Source: a bacterium (GTDB lineage: Bacteria; Arandabacterota; Arandabacteria; Arandabacterales; JALGWA01). Taken from it: a DNA stretch of 12,901 nucleotides. The DNA lies in NCBI GenBank assembly GCA_050125095.1, contig JASFEA010000090.1:1-12901 (forward strand), in the 5' to 3' direction. The stretch's first letter is position 1. Each line of letters starts with the position of its first letter. Both the position numbers and the translations under genes were made by a program. The notes under the pieces were generated by a model, which searched no databases, was not told the DNA's origin, and was given only the letters and a program-made list of their open reading frames with translations. This document shows, piece by piece, positions 7,630 to 12,901 of the stretch.

Positions 7630-8898
7630 CTAGTCGGGGATGACCTGATCGTCGAAGACGGCCTCTGGAGACCGCGGCCTGCGGATGAGATTGATCCTGC
7701 CGCCATCCACCAACACCTCGGCCGGCCAGCCGAGGCTCATGAAGTTCATGAGGCTCATCGTGTAACCATAAGCTCCCGCGTTGAAAATCCCGATGATGTC
7801 TCCTCTTTCCACGCGGGGCAGCATAACCCCATTGCCCAAGCAGTCGATCGGAGTGCAGATGGGACCGCATATATTGTACTCGAGCTCCGCGGGCTCGTTC
7901 ATTTTGCTTACGACCCTGACCGGGTGCCTGACATTCATGAAGACAGGCCTGCTGAAGGCATTCATGCCGCCGTCGGTAAGCACAAACCGTTTGCCACGGG
8001 ACTCCTTGACTCCAAGCACGCGCGTCAGAAAGACGCCAGACCTTGCGACCAGATAGCGCCCCAGTTCGAAAACCAGTCTGCACCCTTCTAGCCGCGCCGC
8101 GTTATCTGTCGCCATTCTTCGGGCCCTTTCGGATACTGTCTCGATGTCAAGGTCCCGGTCGTCTTCCCCGTAAGGAACGCCGAACCCGCCCCCGAAATCG
8201 ATGCATTCGAGGGGGAAACCCAGTTCGTCGGAGAGCTCGAAGGCGAGCCGGAGAACGTGGTCCATATGCCCGCATATGAAACCGGCGTCGAGCACCTGGC
8301 TCGCCGAGTAAACCTGTATGCCGGCAATATCAATGTTGGAAAGATCAGAGGCGCGTATCTCATCGGCGACCGCCTCTTCATCGAAACCGAATTTGCTCGG
8401 TCCGCCGACCATGACCTCGGGCGAACTCGGCGCCTCAGAAGTGTTGACGCGGAGAAGCACCCGCTGCCGCCTCGAAAGCCGACAGGCGTGCCTGTCGATC
8501 GTCGAGAGCTCGGAGCCGGACTCCGCGATTACCGCGTAAATCCCCATCTCGACGGCAAATGCGATTTCCGCTTCGGTCTTCGCCGGCCCGACGAAGAAGA
8601 TGTCGCGCGGTTTGAATCCCGTCCTGACCGCCGCCCTGAGTTCTCCCATGGAGCTCACGTCGGCGCCCGCCCCGAGATTTCTCATCCGGGAGCAGATCGC
8701 GAGTCCCGGATTGGCCTTGAACGAGTAAATAATATCGAAGTCGGGGAACAGCCGGCTGACCTCGGCGAATGCGGAATCTATCAGGTCGGCGGAGTAAGCA
8801 TAGAGGGGAGTTGAGTTATGTTCGAGCACGGCCTCCAGGCCCGCGCCCCCTATGTTGAAGGTCCCATCTCTTGAGAACAGGTCTTCTACCGCAGCCAC
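7630..8898 (-). CDS. Fold-type III PLP-dependent decarboxylase (diaminopimelate decarboxylase family; BtrK/SbnH-like)
   Basis: TPLYAY, YSFKANP (PLP lysine), DVSSMGE, GPAKT, LRVN, SKFG, IDFGGGFG, ELGRYLV, DGGM, GPICTPID, GAYG. GTG start overlaps the upstream gene by 13 nt. lysA symbol withheld because motifs deviate from canonical LysA. Confidence 0.9.
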   Translation of the reverse strand: MAAVEDLFSRDGTFNIGGAGLEAVLEHNSTPLYAYSADLIDSAFAEVSRLFPDFDIIYSFKANPGLAICSRMRNLGAGADVSSMGELRAAVRTGFKPRDIFFVGPAKTEAEIAFAVEMGIYAVIAESGSELSTIDRHACRLSRRQRVLLRVNTSEAPSSPEVMVGGPSKFGFDEEAVADEIRASDLSNIDIAGIQVYSASQVLDAGFICGHMDHVLRLAFELSDELGFPLECIDFGGGFGVPYGEDDRDLDIETVSERARRMATDNAARLEGCRLVFELGRYLVARSGVFLTRVLGVKESRGKRFVLTDGGMNAFSRPVFMNVRHPVRVVSKMNEPAELEYNICGPICTPIDCLGNGVMLPRVERGDIIGIFNAGAYGYTMSLMNFMSLGWPAEVLVDGGRINLIRRPRSPEAVFDDQVIPD

Positions 8899-9710
8899 TT
8901 CGCCCTGTAAACCTCGACGGTGGTGAGCCCCTGGAATATGTAAAACGGGAAGGGTTCCGAGACGCAGATGTCGACACCTATGACGTCGGAAGTGTACTCC
9001 TCCCCCATATTCGCACCCGTTTCGGCGAACATCAGCACCCTGGTGTCGTGCCGCTTCGCCGTATCCACGATATCGGTAAGTGAATCCGTAGTAAGAGTCA
9101 TCCCGGTGATAATGGCCACGTCGGCGCCTTTCACATAGGAATAGGTTCTGGTGCCGTGATCCACTTTCACGCCGTGCATCTCCCGGCCCACAAGATTCTC
9201 ATCCAGATCTGTGGCAACAACATCGTAGCCTTCGTTCTTGAGAGCCAACACGATGTTGCCCACAACTCCGGCGTTCAGCACCCTCATATCGCCGGGGCTT
9301 TTGCCCATCCTCTCCGCGAGGAGGTTCACTTCGGCGGCGATGATGGAAGCCCTCTTGCCCGCCTTCTCAACCGAGTTGCCCTCGAACTTATGAACGACCT
9401 GCGGATGCCGCACAATTGAAGCGAAGATGGAATCGAGGATGGCGATGCTGTAGCAGTCCTTCGTGCGCACGATCTCGCGGGCGTCCTTGCCGATCAGACC
9501 GGTGTCGATCTCGAGATTCTTGTCGCAGTAGCAGCACCCCTGCCCCATGGTCTGCGCCACGAGGAACGAGTACCTGAACACGCGTTCGTTTGCGTTCGGC
9601 TTAAAGGCGAGATCGACTTTCCAGAGACCCTTTACCAGAAAGGCCTCATCGTCGAGATGAGCAGACCGCTCGTAAGCCCTGTCTCTAAGGATGTCATAGA
9701 CACCCGCCAT
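8886..9710 (-). CDS. DUF364-like Rossmann-fold protein, 274 aa
   Basis: Start ATG at 9710 (GAGGA upstream). VLNAGVVGNIV...VVATDLD Rossmann-like segment and ADVAIITGMTLTTDSL resembling the DUF364 motif; C-terminal SEPFPFY. Confidence 0.7.
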   Translation of the reverse strand: MAGVYDILRDRAYERSAHLDDEAFLVKGLWKVDLAFKPNANERVFRYSFLVAQTMGQGCCYCDKNLEIDTGLIGKDAREIVRTKDCYSIAILDSIFASIVRHPQVVHKFEGNSVEKAGKRASIIAAEVNLLAERMGKSPGDMRVLNAGVVGNIVLALKNEGYDVVATDLDENLVGREMHGVKVDHGTRTYSYVKGADVAIITGMTLTTDSLTDIVDTAKRHDTRVLMFAETGANMGEEYTSDVIGVDICVSEPFPFYIFQGLTTVEVYRAKWLR

Positions 9711-9863
9711 CGTATCCTCTGTTCTGATTCGCGTCCCGGAGGGATCGCCCATCTTGCCCTAATGGGTTGGATAAAATCACTGTCTACTATATGCAATCTA
9801 ACCTCGATCGCCTCGATTAAAAAGCGATAATTGACCGCCCCGCGCCGGCGCCGGGCTATGCCC

Positions 9864-10760
9864 TTATGAAAAATTGGCCTTCAGCCATGCGCCGATCGCC
9901 CGCCCCGCTTCCGCATCCGAACCCAGGTAGTTGTGAGGCGCGCCATATAGCACGGTCCCCTCGAAGCCCGGGGCATTGGGCATGAGCTCCCTGGCCGCCT
10001 TTATGAAATCATCCGGGTCCCCCAGGAACGCCTCCTCCACGGAACCCACGATCATCAGAACCGGAACCCGGACACTCGAGAGCTCAGGGAACTCGTTGCG
10101 GTCGGTTCTCGACACATTAAAAAGCCCGAGTGGAGACCCGGACCTGAAGATGTCGTGATAGGACCGGGCCGAAATGGGGTAGTGGAAAATCCCCGGGGGG
10201 AGCAGGTCGAGCTCCCTGCCCTCTTTGATAAGGCCCTCGGCCAGCCCGAGGGCCGTGCCGAACTCGTCTCCCAGGGCGGCCCTCTGCTTGCCGAAATCAT
10301 CAGAGGGGGAGAGAAGCACCAGGCCCTCCACGCCGGCGAGGTCGCCCCTGGTGAAATAGTAGACCGCCTTGAGCGCGCCGTGGCTGTGGCCCTGGATCAC
10401 GATCCTGGTGCTGCCGCGCGATTTGGCGAAGTCCACCCAGGCGGCTATGTCGAGAGCGCTCTCCTCGAACACCTCGTATATCCCGCCAATCTGCCTGTAG
10501 GAGAACTCGCCCGAACCGGGGGCTTCCACGATGAAGTCCGATATGTAGTCATGGCCCCTGTTATTCGAAGTTATGAAGTTGAAACCAGCTTCCACGCAGG
10601 CATGTCCGATATGGTCGATGAACCGGTTCTCGTAAAAGTTGCCGTCGAGGCCGTGAGTGTGGACGACCGTCGACCTGCTCGCGCCGCCCTCAGGCGTGAC
10701 AAAAAGCCCCTGCAGCTCCAGGCCGTCTTCAGTAATGACTCTGGCGAACTCACCTTTCAT
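9864..10760 (-). CDS. Alpha/beta hydrolase (DUF1749-like)
   Basis: HTHGLDGN oxyanion region, GHSHG nucleophile elbow, GLVLLSPSD, C-terminal GAPHNY His; SD GGAGGAAG. Confidence 0.88.
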   Translation of the reverse strand: MKGEFARVITEDGLELQGLFVTPEGGASRSTVVHTHGLDGNFYENRFIDHIGHACVEAGFNFITSNNRGHDYISDFIVEAPGSGEFSYRQIGGIYEVFEESALDIAAWVDFAKSRGSTRIVIQGHSHGALKAVYYFTRGDLAGVEGLVLLSPSDDFGKQRAALGDEFGTALGLAEGLIKEGRELDLLPPGIFHYPISARSYHDIFRSGSPLGLFNVSRTDRNEFPELSSVRVPVLMIVGSVEEAFLGDPDDFIKAARELMPNAPGFEGTVLYGAPHNYLGSDAEAGRAIGAWLKANFS

Positions 10761-10921
10761 TTGCTTCCTCCCGCAATCTGCTTCCTCCCTAATATCGAGC
10801 CTTTGTTTCCTCCCGCATGTCGGACCCTAAACGACACCCCGCCGGCCTCCTCACCCACGGTCTGCACGCTCCCGCTAATATTGACCCGACTGCTGGAGGG
10901 ATTGCCGGATGGGCCGCTCAT
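10757..10921 (-). CDS. Possible 54-aa small ORF bridging the membrane genes and the hydrolase
   Basis: ATG 10 nt after the upstream stop, open for 54 codons (MSGPSGNPSSSRVNISGSVQTVGEEAGGVSFRVRHAGGNKGSILGRKQIAGGSK), TGA overlapping the hydrolase start as ATGA. No good SD; low-complexity product. Confidence 0.3.
   Translation of the reverse strand: MSGPSGNPSSSRVNISGSVQTVGEEAGGVSFRVRHAGGNKGSILGRKQIAGGSK
10762..10814 (-). repeat. Triple GGGAGGAARCA direct repeat in the hydrolase leader
   Basis: Plus-strand copies tgcttcctccc 10762-10772, tgcttcctccc 10779-10789, tgtttcctccc 10804-10814; the copy nearest the ATG is the SD. Confidence 0.75.
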
Positions 10922-10931
10922 CGGTCTTTCG

Positions 10932-11636
10932 CTAGAAGATGCTCTGGACCCACCTGATAAGAAAGCTCATTCTGCCGGTCAGGAGGGAAACCCTGGCCAT
11001 GACCGTGTAGCCGAAGGACGCTCCGAACGCGGCCATCAAGACCCAGATGCCTACTCTGGCGGCCTTGCCGAATGCTCCCGTATGCGGCTTAGAGAAGTAG
11101 AAATATATTAGCGCGCAGATCACGCCTATTACAACCACCAGCGTGGAGAAAGTCTGCCCGACCGTAGAAGCAACGCTTCCGCCCGGTTCGTACAGCGGTA
11201 TCATAGTGCTGTGAATCTGGGTGACGAAGTCCGACTGGAGGTAGCGCGTGAAATTGGTCCCGGCGGCGAAACCGATAATGAAGGCCATTGCCCAGCGAGA
11301 CAACCACGCCAGCCTGGTATACAGCCTCATCAAGAGGAGAATCCCAAGCACCAGCGGCACGATGTAGAAATACTCCGGGTCATTGCCCACCGCGACGGGG
11401 AAGACCGGTCCCATATGCGAAGGGAACAGTCTCGCCATCAGATTGGGAATCAGCGTCGTCCAGAAACCCACGGTCATCCAGTACGCCGCGGAAACGCCCA
11501 CGAAGAGATGTTCCGCGAACTTGTATGCCGGGTTGTCCTTGTAGAGGAAGCTGAAGATCATCAGCGTCAGCAACGCGCCGATCCAGAGGCTTATGGTCTC
11601 GGCCAGCTGCGACGCCAGTATAGGGGTGTCTTCCAA
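10932..11636 (-). CDS. Hypothetical integral membrane protein (about 6 TM helices)
   Basis: TTG start with GGAGG overlapping the upstream TAG; hydrophobic segments; motifs FSFLYKDNPAYKFAEHLFVG and FGASFGYTVMARVSLL. Confidence 0.88.
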   Translation of the reverse strand: MEDTPILASQLAETISLWIGALLTLMIFSFLYKDNPAYKFAEHLFVGVSAAYWMTVGFWTTLIPNLMARLFPSHMGPVFPVAVGNDPEYFYIVPLVLGILLLMRLYTRLAWLSRWAMAFIIGFAAGTNFTRYLQSDFVTQIHSTMIPLYEPGGSVASTVGQTFSTLVVVIGVICALIYFYFSKPHTGAFGKAARVGIWVLMAAFGASFGYTVMARVSLLTGRMSFLIRWVQSIF

Positions 11637-11645
11637 TTCCGCCTC

Positions 11646-12524
11646 CTAGAACTTCCTCTTCTTGCGCTTCTCCATGAGATAGGTGAGGTTGCCGATCAGA
11701 ATGAACCCCACGATCACAAGATGCGCGGTCACCTGCGGCCCCATGGATGTGCTCGCCGCGCGCGACATGTCGCGGTACCTGGGGTAGTGCTCCATCAGCG
11801 CCGCCTCGTACTCGGCCGCGCCCTGCAACCCGCCGAGGAACCCGAGCATCTGCTTGGGGTAATAGGGATAGAGAAGCGGCGCCATGACCGCGGTGGTGCC
11901 TCCGCCTACCGGAATGTCTCCCGGGTCGCCCGCGAACTGAACCCACTCCTTTGTCCCCGGGAATCCCGAGCCGATGGCCAGTATGATATCGAAATCCCTG
12001 AGGTCATCTATGCCCTCCATCATGGGGAAGGACTCAATGTCCACTCCTGCAAGATCCGTCGTATACATGGACTTGAAATCCGAAAGAAGTGCGTTGATCA
12101 GTCCCTGGTTCCCGGCCTTGTATCCCAGATGAATGTAATGTTCGCCGTGGACCTTGCCCTCGAACTCCCCTTCGACAACATCCTCGATGAGCTCCTGCGA
12201 TTGCCTCGGCCCGGTCGCCCAGAGCGCAATCATGTATATTCTGTGACCTTTTTCGAAACAGTGGCGCGTGAAGGCGGTGGCCATCGGCTGATTCTCCGGC
12301 GCAGTGCTCGGGCCGTAATCGAAACTCATGAGGACTTTCGATCCCGGCGGCAGGTTCTCCACCGCGTCGAAGAGGTCGGTTACGATCTCGCTCGGTGGAA
12401 TAGTAGTGGTGTAATGTACAATGAGAGGTATGATGACCGCGAGCGCGATCAGGAGGAAGATGACCCGCCTGTCCAGCGCGCCCAGCGCTTCATACCAGGT
12501 GACTCTCCTCTTTTCCTCTTCCAC
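11646..12524 (-). CDS. Hypothetical membrane protein: N- and C-terminal TM helices flanking a soluble alpha/beta domain
   Basis: GTG start 4 nt after upstream stop; TM RVIFLLIALAVIIPLI, motifs VLMSFDYGPSTAPE, YIHLGYKAG, PYYPKQMLGFLGGLQGAAEYE, C-terminal TM and basic tail. Confidence 0.88.
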   Translation of the reverse strand: MEEEKRRVTWYEALGALDRRVIFLLIALAVIIPLIVHYTTTIPPSEIVTDLFDAVENLPPGSKVLMSFDYGPSTAPENQPMATAFTRHCFEKGHRIYMIALWATGPRQSQELIEDVVEGEFEGKVHGEHYIHLGYKAGNQGLINALLSDFKSMYTTDLAGVDIESFPMMEGIDDLRDFDIILAIGSGFPGTKEWVQFAGDPGDIPVGGGTTAVMAPLLYPYYPKQMLGFLGGLQGAAEYEAALMEHYPRYRDMSRAASTSMGPQVTAHLVIVGFILIGNLTYLMEKRKKRKF

Positions 12525-12528
12525 TCTT

Positions 12529-12901
12529 CTAGCCCTTGCCCTCGCTTCCGAGATACGAGCGCTCTATACCGAGAATCAGCCTCAACGACGTCGAGACGAT
12601 TCCGAGTGCGATACCGATCATAATGGCCCTCTGCCCGGCCATGTTGGGCACCGAGAGTATCCACGTGCTCAAGTTCGGGATGTGAAGGAACTGGAGCGGC
12701 TCCGGCAGCCAGAAAGTCAGATAATAACCAAGCGGCGTCGGTCTCAGCAGTATGATGAACGCGGCGACCAGCAATATCGTGGCCTCGCGGGTCTTGGCCC
12801 GGAAAGCCCTGTAGGAAGCGGACGCCACAAAAAACGCCAGCAGAGAGAACATGGTCGCCTGCAGGGGCTGGAAAGCCGAGTCGTAAAGGTACTTGAAGAG
12901 A
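12529..12901 (-). CDS. Hypothetical integral membrane protein (5'-truncated by window edge)
   Basis: Frame stays open upstream of the ORF-track ATG (LFKYLYDSAFQPLQAT-MFSLLAFFVASASYRAFRAK...AGQRAIMIGIALG...LRLILGIE); the true start lies outside the window. Confidence 0.88.
   Translation of the reverse strand, partial: LFKYLYDSAFQPLQATMFSLLAFFVASASYRAFRAKTREATILLVAAFIILLRPTPLGYYLTFWLPEPLQFLHIPNLSTWILSVPNMAGQRAIMIGIALGIVSTSLRLILGIERSYLGSEGKG

Noticed and set aside
9837-9856. GC hairpin after the hydrolase stop as a terminator
   Set aside because: Short stem with a mismatch and no adjacent U tract.
11211-12623. 470-aa plus-strand ORF, and likewise 10155..11111, 5711..6589, 1127..1765
   Set aside because: Antisense to real genes, no SD or domain signal.
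1-12901. CRISPR array, tRNA/rRNA, transposase or integrase
   Set aside because: No regularly spaced repeats, no tRNA or rRNA signatures and no recombinase motifs seen.

Overview
GC-rich bacterial window (roughly 60% GC by eye) with every credible gene on the minus strand; FlgD/T9SS-like C-terminal tails suggest an FCB-superphylum or related candidate lineage (inference). In transcription order (right to left): three uncharacterised membrane-protein genes (first one truncated), a possible 54-aa bridging ORF, a DUF1749-like alpha/beta hydrolase, a DUF364-like Rossmann protein overlapping a fold-III PLP decarboxylase (LysA/BtrK-like), a secreted papain-family (C1A) peptidase, and two tandem paralogous Cys-rich secreted proteins (the second runs off the left edge and is missing from the ORF track). 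The most notable signal is non-coding: both paralogs are preceded by a ~112-114 nt leader with two invariant 11-nt blocks (UCCCGUUUGCC, CCUGUCCGACA), a shared predicted multi-branch fold, and an 8-bp closing helix of different sequence in each copy that covers or abuts the Shine-Dalgarno, plus an upstream competing strand. I do not recognise it as a known riboswitch; it is a candidate new cis-regulatory RNA. All structures were paired by eye and no database searches were run.
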